A DNA stretch of 64,000 bases. It comes from Eledone cirrhosa (taxonomy: Eukaryota). The stretch lies in contig OZ024740.1 of NCBI GenBank assembly GCA_964016885.1, forward strand, positions 434,124,001-434,188,000. Direction: 5' to 3'. Shown here in pieces: positions 1 to 14,306 of the stretch (the stretch's first letter is position 1; every line of letters begins with the position of its first letter). Made by a program: the position numbers and the translations under genes. Under the pieces are notes generated by a model, which saw only the letters and a program-made list of their open reading frames with translations, was not told the DNA's origin and searched no databases.

Positions 1-118
1 GTCTATCTACCTAGTGTTGTCACCAAAGTATGACATATTAATCCTTTGTCTATCTACCTAGTGTTGTCACCAAAGTATGACATATTAATCCTTTGTCTAT
101 CTACCTAGTGTTGTCATC
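1..118. repeat. End of a 47-bp minisatellite (about 2.5 copies visible, runs off the window start)
   Basis: gtctatctacctagtgttgtcaccaaagtatgacatattaatccttt recurs at 1, 48 and 95. Confidence 0.9.
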
Positions 119-177
119 AAATTAGTTGGTTTGTAATCCCTCTTGGTTATGGTCTTCACCAAAATAGTAATAATGCA

Positions 178-295
178 TTGTGTGTGTGCGTATGTGTGTA
201 TGTATACGTGTGTATGTATGCAGGTGTATTTGTGTGTATGTGTATTTGTATGTGTGTGTGGGGGTGTATGTATGTCTGTATGCGTGTCTGTCTGT
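178..295. repeat. Degenerate (TG)n/(TATG)n microsatellite
   Basis: Direct reading of the sequence. Confidence 0.85.
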
Positions 296-310
296 ATTAC
301 AGTAATGATA

Positions 311-3300
311 GACATTGGTTATGTCCTGAGTGTCAGTGTTTTGTTGGTCACTCACAGCACTGGACATTGGTTATGTCCTGAGTGTCAGTGTTTTGTTGGT
401 CACTCACAGCACTGGACATTGGTTATGTCCTGAGTGTCAGTGTTTTGTTGGTCACTCACAGCACTGGACATTGGTTATGTCCTGAGTGTCAGTGTTGTCT
501 TGTTGGTCACTCACAGCACTGGACATTGGTTATGTCCTGAGTGTCAGTGTTGTCTTGTAGGTCACTCACAGCACTGGACATTGGTTATGTCCTGAGTGTC
601 AGTGTTGTCTTGTTGGTCACTCACAGGACTGGACATTGGTTATGTCCTGAGTGTCAGTGTTGTCTTGTAGGTCACTCACAGCACTGGACATTGGTTATGT
701 CCTGAGTGTCAGTGTTGTCTTGTAGGTCACTCACAGCACTGGACATTGGTTATGTCCTGAGTGTCAGTGTTGTCTTGTTGGTCACTCACAGCACTGGACA
801 TTGGTTATGTCCTGAGTGTCAGTGTTGTCTTGTAGGTCACTCACAGCACTGGACATTGGTTATGTCCTGAGTGTCAGTGTTGTCTTGTTGGTCACTCACA
901 GCACTGGACATTGGTTATGTCCTGAGTGTCAGTGTTGTCTTGTAGGTCACTCACAGCACTGGACATTGGTTATGTCCTGAGTGTCAGTGTTGTCTTGTAG
1001 GTCACTCACAGCACTGGACATTGGTTATGTCCTGAGTGTCAGTGTTGTCTTGTTGGTCACTCACAGCACTGGACATTGGTTATGTCCTGATTGTCAGTGT
1101 TGTCTTGTTGGTCACTCACAGCACTGGACATTGGTTATGTCCTGAGTGTCAGTGTTGTCTTGTTGGTCACTCACAGCACTGGACATTGGTTATGTCCTGA
1201 GTGTCAGTGTTGTCTTGTTGGTCACTCACAGCACTGGACATTGGTTGTCCTGAGTGTCAGTGTTGTCTTGTTGGTCACTCACAGCACTGGACATTGGTTA
1301 TGTCCTGAGTGTCAGCGTTGTCTTGTTGGTCACTCACAGCACTGGACATTGGTTATGTCCTGAGTGTCAGTGTTGTCTTGTTGGTCACTCACAGCACTGG
1401 ACATTGGTTATGTCCTGAGTGTCAGTGTTGTCTTGTTGGTCACTCACAGCACTGGACATTGGTTATGTCCTGAGTGTCAGCGTTGTGTTGTTGGTCACTC
1501 ACAGCACTGGACAATGGTTATGTCCTGAGTGTCAGTGTTGTCTTGTTGGTCACTCACAGCACTGGACATTGGTTATGTCCTGAGTGTCAGTGTTCTCTTG
1601 TAGGTCACTCACAGCACTGGACATTGGCTATGTCCTGAGTGTCAGTGTTGTCTTGTTGGTCACTCACAGCACTGGACATTGGTTATGTCCTGAGTGTCAG
1701 TGTTGTCTTGTTGGTCACTCACAGCACTGGACATTGGTTATGTTCTGAGTGTCAGTGTTGTCTTGTTGGTCACTCACAGCACTGGACATTGGTTATGTCC
1801 TGAGTGTCAGTGTTGTCTTGTTGGTCACTCACAGCACTGGACATTGGTTATGTCCTGAGTGTCAGTGTTGTCTTGTTGGTCACTCACAGCACTGGACATT
1901 GGTTATGTCCTGAGTGTCAGTGTTGTCTTGTTGGTCACTCACAGCACTGGACATTGGTTATGTCCTGAGTGTCAGTGTTGTCTTGTTGGTCACTCACAGC
2001 ACTGGACATTGGTTATGTCCTGAGTGTCAGTGTTGTCTTGTTGGTCACTCACAGCACTGGACATTGGTTATGTCCTGATTGTCAGTGTTGTCTTGTAGGT
2101 CACTCACAGCACTGGACATTGGTTATGTCCTGAGTGTCAGTGTTGTCTTGTTGGTCACTCACAGCACTGGACATTGGTTATGTCCTGAGTGTCAGTGTTG
2201 TCTTGTAGGTCACTCACAGCACTGGACATTGGTTATGTCCTGAGTGTCAGTGTTGTCTTGTTGGTCACTCACAGCACTGGACATTGGTTATGTCCTGAGT
2301 GTCAGTGTTGTCTTGTTGGTCACTCACAGCACTGGACATTGGTTATGTCCTGAGTGTCAGTGTTGTCTTGTTGGTCACTCACAGCACTGGACATTGGTTA
2401 TGTCCTGAGTGTCAGTGTTGTCTTGTTGGTCACTCACAGCACTGGACATTGGTTATGTCCTGATTGTCAGTGTTGTCTTGTAGGTCACTCACAGCACTGG
2501 ACATTGGTTATGTCCTGAGTGTCAGTGTTGTCTTGTTGGTCACTCACAGCACTGGACATTGGTTATGTCCTGAGTGTCAGTGTTGTCTTGTAGGTCACTC
2601 ACAGCACTGGACATTGGTTATGTCCTGAGTGTCGGTGTTGTCTTGTTGGTCACTCACAGCACTGGACATTGGTTATGTCCTGAGTGTCAGTGTTGTCTTG
2701 TTGGTCACTCACAGCACTGGACATTGGTTATGTCCTGAGTGTCAGTGTTGTCTTGTAGGTCACTCACAGCACTGGACATTGGTTATGTCCTGAGTGTTAG
2801 TGTTGTCTTGTAGGTCACTCACAACACTGGACATTGGTTATTTCCTGAGTGTCAGCGTTGTCTTGTTGGTTACTCACAGCACTGGACATTGGTTATGTCC
2901 TGAGTGTCAGTGTTGTCTTGTTGGTCACTCACAGCACTGGACATTGGTTATGTCCTGAGTGTCAGTGTTGTCTTGTAGGTCACTCACAGCACTGGACATT
3001 GGTTATGTCCTGAGTGTCAGTGTTGTCTTGTTGGTCACTCACAGCACTGGACATTGTTTATGTCCTGAGTGTCAGTGTTGTCTTGTAGGTCACTCACAGC
3101 ACTGGACATTGGTTATGTCCTGAGTGTCAGTATTGTCTTGTTGGTCACTCACAGCACTAGACATTGGTTATGTCCTGAGTGTCAGTGTTGTCTTGTAGGT
3201 CACTCACAGCACTGGACACTGGTTATGTCCTGAGTGTCAGTGTTGTCTTGTTGGTCACTCACAGCACTGGACATTGGTTATGTCCTGAGTGTCAGTGTTG

Positions 3301-3770
3301 TCTTGTAGGTCACTCACAGCACTGGACATTGGTTATGTCCTGAGTGTCAGTGTTGTCTTGTTGGTCACTCACAGCACTGGACATTGGTTATGTCCTGAGT
3401 GTCAGTGTTGTCTTGTTGGTCACTCACAGCACTGGACATTGGTTGTCCTGAGTGTCAGTGTTGTCTTGTTGGTCACTCACAGCACTGGACATTGGTTATG
3501 TCCTGAGTGTCAGTGTTGTCTTGTTGGTCACTCACAGCACTGGGCATTGGTTATGTCCTGAGTGTCAGTGTTGTCTTGTTGGTCACTCACAGCACTGGAC
3601 ATTGGTTATGTCCTGAGTGTCAGTGTTGTCTTGTTGGTCACTCACAGCACTGGACATTGGTTATGTCCTGAGTGTCAGTGATGTCTTGTTGGTCACTCAC
3701 AGCACTGGACATTGGTTATGTCCTGAGTGTCAGTGTTGTCTTGTTGGTCACTCACAGCACTGGACATTGG
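311..3770. repeat. 55-bp minisatellite, about 63 copies
   Basis: Unit ggacattggttatgtcctgagtgtcagtgttgtcttgttggtcactcacagcact, period 55 (521 to 576). The first three units are 52 bp. Confidence 0.97.
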
Positions 3771-5029
3771 AAAATTATCTAAATTTACATTTGACAATTG
3801 TGACTTCCATAAGCTTAGTTTTCTAATGAAGCACTTGATGTCATCACACAACTGAGTGATGAGTTTCTTTTTACTTTGCAATTTCAAATTAAGATCAGTT
3901 AATTGTGCAGTAATATCCTCAGCAAAAGCCAGATCTTGGAGCCAACTTTCATCTTTTATTTCATCTGTATTTTGACCTTTCATTGCCAAAAACATAATTA
4001 TTTCTTGTCTCAACAAATATACTTCTGTGTATAATGGAACATCAGGGAACTGATTATCCATATCTTCCAACAACTGGCTGAACTGGCGGTGGTTGAGAGT
4101 ACGGCTTCTGATATAGTTCACTGTCTTTGTGACCAAGCTAAGCATATGATGCAATTTTAAAATCTTTGAATACAAATTTTGCTGACGAATAATACAGTGA
4201 AAATGTGTAAGTGATGAATCTGGATGCGAGTTTTCTATTTTTGTTCATAACTTGGCAGCAACATCATTATGTCTGCCAACCATATTCACAGCACCGTCAG
4301 TAGATAAGCATGCAAGTTTACTCAGATCAAAACCATAGTCATGCAGAGCCTGCTCGACCTTCTCAAAGATGTCCTGGCTTGTTATAGTGTCATGCATGGG
4401 GACAGTTCAATCAGTTCTTCATAAATATTAAATTCACTGTCATAGACCCTGATGAAGAATGTAAGCTGTGCTATTCCAGTGATGTCAACAGCAATAGAAA
4501 AATGTTCAAATCGTGATGATTCAGCCTTTAACTGTTGTTTCAGATCACCTGACATTTCATTAATCTGTTCAGCAACAGTGTTCCTGGTTAATGAAATGTC
4601 TTTGAATAACTCTGCTTTCTCTGGACAATTTCAGCTGTTTTTACAAGGCATTGCTTTACAAAATCTCCTTCACTGTAAGATCTCCCACTCAAGGCGATCA
4701 TTCAGCTGAGTTCATAGCTTGCAGTAACAGAAGCGACATTCTCTTCCTGAATTAACATAAAACAGGTCTGTTGCGGTGTCAAGTTAGCCTTCAATTCCTT
4801 GAGTCTTGAAACACACATTGGGCCTTCATATTTATCATAAGATCGATGGTTCGTTTCATAATGTGTTTTCAAGTTTTACTCTTTTGGCGTGGTGATGCAG
4901 TTGTTACAAATATAACTGTACCTTTCCATTTACCATTGTGCCAAAATACTGTAATTCCCACTTTTCTTGAAACACTCACCCTTCTTCATTCAATTTCCTT
5001 TTTCTCTTAGCTGGAGGAGCACTAGACAT
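3771..5029 (-). pseudogene. Decayed hAT-superfamily transposase (SPIN/Charlie, GTF2IRD2/EPM2AIP1-like)
   Basis: ATG at 5029 gives MSSAPPAKRKRKLNEEG*VFQEKWELQYF...NLKTHYETNH. ORF 3693-4175 has VNYIRSRTLNHRQFSQLLEDM, WLQDLAFAEDITAQLTDLNLKLQ and FIRKLSLWKSQL, typical of SPIN/Charlie transposases. Several stops and frameshifts. Confidence 0.88.
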
Positions 5030-5202
5030 TTTAAAAGAAAAAAACTTTTGAAATAAATTAGTTTATTTCATTCGTCTTTTACAATACAAACACTTAGGTG
5101 TTTATCATATATTAATTTATATTAACTTGTATTTCACGGCTCAGAAATGCTTCTTTCTTTGAGCTAATTAATTGTAAATGACTGTTTGAGTTTAAACTCT
5201 AA

Positions 5203-5774
<572 letters not shown>

Positions 5775-5935
5775 AAATTGGAATAAATGCTCTGAAATAG
5801 CGATATATATGTGAATATAGACATAGAATATTCGAAAATATTCTGTATGTTTATAATAAACATTTTGAAGACCTAATCGCTATAGAATAGAATACGTCAC
5901 GTATTACAATTAGATTCTCGATAAAAGCAAGGGAA

Positions 5936-5978
5936 GTAATCTACGCGTTTCATTCTTGTTAGAAATCATCAGGACTAC
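5936..5978 (-). ncRNA. Minimal type I hammerhead ribozyme, copy 1
   Basis: Reverse complement: gtagtc CTGATGA tttctaacaagaat GAAA cgcg TA gattac. Confidence 0.8.
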
Positions 5979-6245
5979 ATATCCAGTGCTTTTATCGAGA
6001 ATGACACAGCTAGAGACTTATAGAATACTTAGCTGTGTACAGGAACTGGTTTGAAAGAGCGGTTGCCGGTCCGGCAGAAATTAGAAATTGGAATAAATGC
6101 TCTGAAATAGCGATATATATGTGAATATAGACATAGAATATTCGAAAATATTCTGTATGTTTATAATAAACATTTTGAAGACCTAATCGCTATAGAATAG
6201 AATACGTCACGTATTACAATTAGATTCTCGATAAAAGCAAGGGAA

Positions 6246-6288
6246 GTAATCTACGCGTTTCATTCTTGTTAGAAATCATCAGGACTAC
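6246..6288 (-). ncRNA. Minimal type I hammerhead ribozyme, copy 2
   Basis: Identical to copy 1, 310 bp away. Confidence 0.8.
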
Positions 6289-6428
6289 ATATCCAGTGCT
6301 TTTATCGAGAATGACACAGCTAGAGACTTATAGAATACTTAGCTGTGTACAGGAACTGGTTTGAAAGAGCGGTTGCCGGTCCGGCAGAAATCTCTAGCTG
6401 TGTCATTCTCGATAAAAGCACTGGATAT

Positions 6429-6471
6429 GTAGTCCTGATGATTTCTAACAAGAATGAAACGCGTAGATTAC
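6429..6471 (+). ncRNA. Minimal type I hammerhead ribozyme, copy 3
   Basis: Stem I gtagtc(6429-34)/gattac(6466-71); core CTGATGA 6435-41; stem II ttct-aaca-agaa; GAAA 6456-59; stem III with palindromic ACGCGT; predicted cleavage after GUA at 6465. Confidence 0.82.
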
Positions 6472-6738
6472 TTCCCTTGCTTTTATCGAGAATCTAATTG
6501 TAATACGTGACGTATTCTATTCTATAGCGATTAGGTCTTCAAAATGTTTATTATAAACATACAGAATATTTTCGAATATTCTATGTCTATATTCACATAT
6601 ATATCGCTATTTCAGAGCATTTATTCCAATTTCTAATTTCTGCCGGACCGGCAACCGCTCTTTCAAACCAGTTCCTGTACACAGCTAAGTATTCTATAAG
6701 TCTCTAGCTGTGTCATTCTCGATAAAAGCACTGGATAT

Positions 6739-6781
6739 GTAGTCCTGATGATTTCTAACAAGAATGAAACGCGTAGATTAC
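6739..6781 (+). ncRNA. Minimal type I hammerhead ribozyme, copy 4
   Basis: Identical motif, CTGATGA at 6745. Confidence 0.82.
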
Positions 6782-7048
6782 TTCCCTTGCTTTTATCGAG
6801 AATCTAATTGTAATACGTGACGTATTCTATTCTATAGCGATTAGGTCTTCAAAATGTTTATTATAAACATACAGAATATTTTCGAATATTCTATGTCTAT
6901 ATTCACATATATATCGCTATTTCAGAGCATTTATTCCAATTTCTAATTTCTGCCGGACCGGCAACCGCTCTTTCAAACCAGTTCCTGTACACAGCTAAGT
7001 ATTCTATAAGTCTCTAGCTGTGTCATTCTCGATAAAAGCACTGGATAT

Positions 7049-7091
7049 GTAGTCCTGATGATTTCTAACAAGAATGAAACGCGTAGATTAC
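7049..7091 (+). ncRNA. Minimal type I hammerhead ribozyme, copy 5
   Basis: Identical motif, CTGATGA at 7055. Confidence 0.82.
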
Positions 7092-7358
7092 TTCCCTTGC
7101 TTTTATCGAGAATCTAATTGTAATACGTGACGTATTCTATTCTATAGCGATTAGGTCTTCAAAATGTTTATTATAAACATACAGAATATTTTCGAATATT
7201 ATATGTCTATATTCACATATATATCGCTATTTCAGAGCATTTATTCCAATTTCTAATTTCTGCCGGACCGGCAACCGCTCTTTCAAACCAGTTCCTGTAC
7301 ACAGCTAAGTATTCTATAAGTCTCTAGCTGTGTCATTCTCGATAAAAGCACTGGATAT

Positions 7359-7401
7359 GTAGTCCTGATGATTTCTAACAAGAATGAAACGCGTAGATTA
7401 C
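7359..7401 (+). ncRNA. Minimal type I hammerhead ribozyme, copy 6
   Basis: Identical motif, CTGATGA at 7365. Confidence 0.82.
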
Positions 7402-7468
7402 TTCCCTTGCTTTTATCGAGAATCTAATTGTAATACGTGACGTATTCTATTCTATAGCGATTAGGTCT

Positions 7469-7668
7469 NNNNNNNNNNNNNNNNNNNNNNNNNNNNNNNN
7501 NNNNNNNNNNNNNNNNNNNNNNNNNNNNNNNNNNNNNNNNNNNNNNNNNNNNNNNNNNNNNNNNNNNNNNNNNNNNNNNNNNNNNNNNNNNNNNNNNNNN
7601 NNNNNNNNNNNNNNNNNNNNNNNNNNNNNNNNNNNNNNNNNNNNNNNNNNNNNNNNNNNNNNNNNNNN
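7469..7668. other. Assembly gap (200 N)
   Basis: Run of exactly 200 N, i.e. a scaffold join of probably unknown true size. Confidence 0.99.
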
Positions 7669-8040
7669 GTGCAGTGTAAATGTGCGTGAACGACCCAGCA
7701 TAAATGTGTTGAGAGAGAAACTGTGTCTGAGAGGGATAGAATGTAGTGTACGGGAGAGGAGACTGAGGTGGTATGGACATGTGATGCGCATGGAGGATGA
7801 CCGATGGGTGAAGAAGTGCCAGGAAATGCCAGTGAAATGCCAGTTGAAGGAAGACGTAGTAGAGGTAGACCACGAAAAACATGGGCGGAGGTGGTGAGAA
7901 CAGACCTCAGATCATTGAAGCTCACGGTGGAGATGACGAGGGACCGTGACGAGTGGAGAGATGCTGTGCTGAATAAGACCCGTCCCACCCTTGCAAGCAG
8001 GAAAAGCAGACGTAAAATGATGATGATGATGATGATGATG

Positions 8041-8045
<5 letters not shown>
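7669..8045 (+). mobile_element. 3' end of an RTE-clade LINE with (ATG)n tail (tail type A)
   Basis: RERRLRWYGHVMRM...[17 protein letters not shown]-terminal RTE motifs with one frameshift; ends cgtcccacccttgcaagcaggaaaagcagacgtaaa(atg)n. Confidence 0.9.
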
Positions 8046-8832
<787 letters not shown>

Positions 8833-9622
8833 TCCCCGTGTCAAAATCGATACGAGACCTGGGCATAGACATGAGCGATGATGCATCTTTTTCTTCACAC
8901 ATCATGAAGGTGGCGACAGCATGTAGACGATTCGCTGGCTGGATCTTGAGGACTTTCCTTACAAGAGATCGAGACACCATGTTGACACTGTGGAGGACTT
9001 TTGTCCTAGGCCGCCTGGACTACTGCTCCCAGCTGTGGTCACCCCATAGTGTCAAACTAACCACAGAGCTTGAGGCAATCCAGCGAAGCTACACCAAGAG
9101 GATTGCCAAGATGAGGGAGACAAGCTACTGGGAGAGGCTAAAGGAACTGAACCTCTACTCCTTGGAGCGAAGACGGGAGAGATACGCAGTGATCTACATG
9201 TGGAAAATCCTGGAGGGACTAGCACCAAACTTTGGCATTGGGAGCGACCAACCGTCGAACAGGACGTCACTGTGTGGTGCCAAAGGTCCCGTCTTCCACA
9301 TCTAGAATAAGGAGCAGGTATTGCAATAGCCTGGGATTCAAGGGCCCTCAACTCTTCAACAGGCTGCCGAGGCATCTGCGAGACTTGCATGACGTGGAGG
9401 TGGATGTCTTTAAGAAACATCTCCACACCTTGTTATCCAGGATCCCGGATGAGCCCACAGCAAGACACGAGGGAAACCTAAGGGCAGCAGCAACAAACTC
9501 CCTCCTACACCAGTGGCCAACCTATACAGGCTGGAGATAAAATGTGTAGCAACAAGGGCGGTGCCCCAGCATGGCCTCAGCCGGATGGCTGAAACAGGTA
9601 ACAGAGTAAAAGAGTAAAAGAG
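8833..9622 (+). mobile_element. 5'-truncated CR1-type LINE (RT thumb/C-terminus plus 3' UTR)
   Basis: [14 protein letters not shown]...GWILRTF...[12 protein letters not shown]...[11 protein letters not shown]...FNRLP; frameshift near 9240; 3' tail gtaacagagtaaaagagtaaaagag. Confidence 0.88.
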
Positions 9623-10908
<1,286 letters not shown>

Positions 10909-11400
10909 CATCATCATCAACGTTTAATGTCCGTGTTCCACGCTTGCATGGGTTTGGACGGGGGTAGTCCCACTTGAGGCAAGAGTGATTGTCTTGATAT
11001 ATATATATTTATGTATATTTATATATATATATTTATATATATATTTCATCATCATCAACGTTTAATGTCCGTGTTCCACGCTTGCATGGGTTTGGACGGG
11101 GGTAGTCCCACTTGAGGCAAGAGTGATTGTCTTGCTCGCATAGGACTGTCTGGCAGGTTTTCTACAGTTGGATGCCCTTCCTAACACCAACCACATTTAC
11201 AGTGTGGGTCTGGGAGGTTTTTACCGTGTTGCCTACACGGCCACATTACAGCGTGGACTGTGTGCTTTTTTGTCGTGACACCGACATGATCTCATTTGTT
11301 TCGGCCTGGATGGCGCGGCACCAACATAACTTTACATAGAACGGGGTGGTGTGGATGGGGTGGGGGTGGTGGGACGGGGGTGTATTTTGTTAGAGATGCC
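10909..11400 (-). mobile_element. RTE-type 3' UTR/tail fragment, with a 138-bp local duplication of the tail
   Basis: (cat)n-aacgtttaatgtccgtgttccacgcttgcatggg at both 10909 and 11047; core tggatgcccttcctaacaccaacc is shared with many copies in the window. Confidence 0.8.
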
Positions 11401-12414
11401 TACTGGCTGGAGTAGGTTTTACTATATATACTAAATATTTATTTTTAAGATGGTATTGATGTACCATTGAAGTATGTTGTTTATTGGTGTAGATGTGTGT
11501 GTGGATGGTTGAATATCTAGTTGCTGAGGTTGTGTGCACTGGAGCAGAATTGTTTACCTTGCCTGCCTAGAGAGTCACATAGCTTCAGTATTTTAGTTAT
11601 ATTGCCGATCTGATGTTATTTATGAGTAACATTCAGAATTTGACATAGTTTTAGATATAAAAATAAATATTTAACGTTATGTTTTATGCCAACACATCTG
11701 TATGTGTGTGTGTCATGTTATCTGAAACCAGTTTCTCACAGTCACACACACTCTCACCGTGCAATGGATAAACATGATAAACTAGTTAAAATATGTTAAT
11801 AGCTTAATATGACATTGTTGAGCATTCAGCACATACTTTTCTACCATAGAAACAACAGACAGCAATAAAACAGTTACTACAACACCATTGTCAATTAATG
11901 CTGCTACAACTACAACTTGTGCAAGTATATAATTCAGTCTTACCTGACTCATTACCACAGTGATAATACACATACCAGTAATAAACTAGGGATCATGTCT
12001 ATAGGCTATAATTCTTGTATTTCAAAACTGTCTGCCTTATTTTGCAGACAAAAAAATGTCAATTTTTACTTTAAGAATATACAGTTTTGATATCAGGGCA
12101 TTAAGTGCCAGACAAAATGTTGCAGTATTTTTTAGTCCTTTAGATTTTAAGCTGAAATCCCATGAAGATCAACTTTGCCTTTCATTCTTCAATAAAACAA
12201 AGTACAAGTTAAATACTAGGGACCAGTTTAATATACTCTCTCTTAAGATTTGTTGCCTTTGTTAAAATATTTTATTAGGGTTATGTAAGACAGTGGCTAG
12301 TATAATAATAAGAGTGTCTGATAAAAAGGTTTTGAATATTTCTTTTTCAGTTTAATGCCAGCACAACTTTGCCTTACATTCTTCTTAAATGAATAAAATA
12401 AATAGCAACCATTT

Positions 12415-12680
12415 TATGTGAAGGTTCTTGTCCTAATGGTTAGGATGTTTGACATGATTGGAATGTCACCTGATTCCTGGACCCGAGTTGTGCTGTATTC
12501 TTGAGCAAAACCCATTATTTCCCATTGCTCTCAGCTGAGAGTGAGTACCGGCAGTAGCTGGGGAATTAATCCTGTGATAGACCGGTGTCCTATCCAGGGA
12601 AGTCTTATACTCTTGGTAATTTAATGCCAATGAAACTGAAAAGCTCTGGCCTGGCCTTCGGCTTAGACTTTAACTAACTT
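12415..12680 (+). mobile_element. Degenerate tRNA-derived SINE
   Basis: A-box remnant, ttcttgagcaa, ctcagctgagagtgagtacc and tgtcctatccaggg; homologous to 21230-21505. Confidence 0.65.
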
Positions 12681-13129
12681 TAGACCATTACATGAATCCA
12701 CTTGTGTCCTCTCACAAGATTTGCTGTCTTGTGCCTGTAACATATGAATCCATTTCACTTGCTAGAAATAGCAGCAAAATATGGATAAATTTACACTATA
12801 TCATCTTAAAAATGAAGGGAGATGTTGGATAATGTAGATATATAGTATCTGAGAGAATGTCAGGATGGGCATGCCTGGAATAGCTTTGATCAAAGGTCTG
12901 TTAAGTAAAGGTTGTTAAATGACAGCAATATTTGTTATACAACTAGTTGTAGTTGGATCTCCTTTGTTTCAAACAACTGCACTGGTTAATTCAAACTATG
13001 GAACAACCAGCTTGTGAAATTAATGTCCAAGTGGCTGAGTATTCCACAGAGACATGTACCCCGAATGGAACCCATAGGGAGAATCAGCATACCATAGTGT
13101 GTGAGAAAGCTGGCTCTTAGTTATTCTAA

Positions 13130-13572
13130 TCATCATCATCATCACCGTTTTACGTCCGTTCTTCCATGCTAGCATGGGTTAGACGGGTTGTCCTGTTGTG
13201 GGCAGTGTCCGGTCGACTGATCTTGTCTTGCTCATACGGGAACTGATTCTGGCTTGATTTCTACAGCTGGATGCCCTTCCTAACACCAACCTCATTTACA
13301 GTGAGTGCTGGGTGCTTTTTTTCCGTGGCGCCTACACGTCCACTTTACAGTGTGGACTGGGTGCTTTTTTGCCGTGGCACCTCCATGACCACTTTGCAGT
13401 GGAATGTTAGGGACCCCAGTGCCTATCATTCCATTTCTACAGCTGAGTAAACTGGAGCAATGTGAAATAAAGTGTCTTGTTCAAGGAAACAACACATCAC
13501 CCGGTCCGAGAATTGAACTCACAACCTTTTGATTGCAAGCCCAATGCTCTAACCACTAATCCATGCACCTTC
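13130..13572 (-). mobile_element. Full-length tRNA-headed SINE with RTE tail type B
   Basis: Minus strand: A box tggattagtggttagagc, B box gagttcaattc, body ccagtttactcagctgtagaaat, aggaagggcatcc, tail aacccgtctaacccatgctagcatggaagaacggacgtaaaacggt(gat)n. Confidence 0.88.
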
Positions 13573-13749
13573 ACTCATATGTCTGTATTATTGGAGCTGT
13601 GATCTCTCAATTCTGAGAAATAGTAACTCTACCTGGAGTAACTCCCTAATTTCTGAGCCATGCAGCCTATCAAGTAACATTATTCCAAATACCCTTCAGA
13701 GGAACCCAATTTCAGCCAGTTGTATTTGCGATCATATTCTTTCGGTCAT

Positions 13750-14050
13750 TACACATAGGTAAGGGTAGGCACAAAAACTGAATTGAAGATAGTGTGGTTT
13801 TGACACCTTCCTTCTTCCTGATTACTGAATAGTGAAGCTGGTGCATTACTGTGCAAAACCAACAGGTAGGAGACGCAGGGGTAGACCCTGAGCAAGATGG
13901 TTGGATAACATCTATGAGGTTGGCTGGTCTCACTTGGGGATCCAGCTGGATCAGTTGGAGACAGTTGCTTCTGTCAGGACCCACTGGATGGAGTGTTTGA
14001 GGACTCTGCCCCCCATGACCCTATCAGGAATAAGTGGGTGAAGAAAAAGA
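13750..14050 (+). mobile_element. Old RTE LINE 3' fragment
   Basis: GRP*ARWLDNI...WSHLG C-terminal motif; homologous to 22020-22365; ends gtgggtgaagaa. Confidence 0.65.
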
Positions 14051-14306
14051 AAATATCTAATTAGTTGTCCTCCATTATAAATGGCTATTAGATATGTCTA
14101 AATTGTTATTAGTTATTGAGTTTGTTTAGAGATAAGAACTGTTGCATCATCTGTTCAGCTTCAACTGATGTCAAGTAAAACTGTTCTATTTATTGTCAAC
14201 GTGATACTCATTAATTACCATATTAATTGTCTTATTAACTTATAATCATCAGATGTTAAGTATTAGTGGAGCAGTCCTATTGATAATGTTGAATATATTT
14301 ATGGAC

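Larger units (their letters stand above)
5775..7468. mobile_element. 310-bp tandem/inverted array carrying hammerhead ribozymes (retrozyme or Penelope pLTR-like)
   Basis: Period 310 (5781 to 6091; 6391, 6701, 7011, 7321). About 2 units in one orientation, an inversion at 6390/6391, then about 3.5 units in the other. Each unit has CTGATGA-stem-GAAACGCGTA flanked by gtagtc/gattac. Confidence 0.85.
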
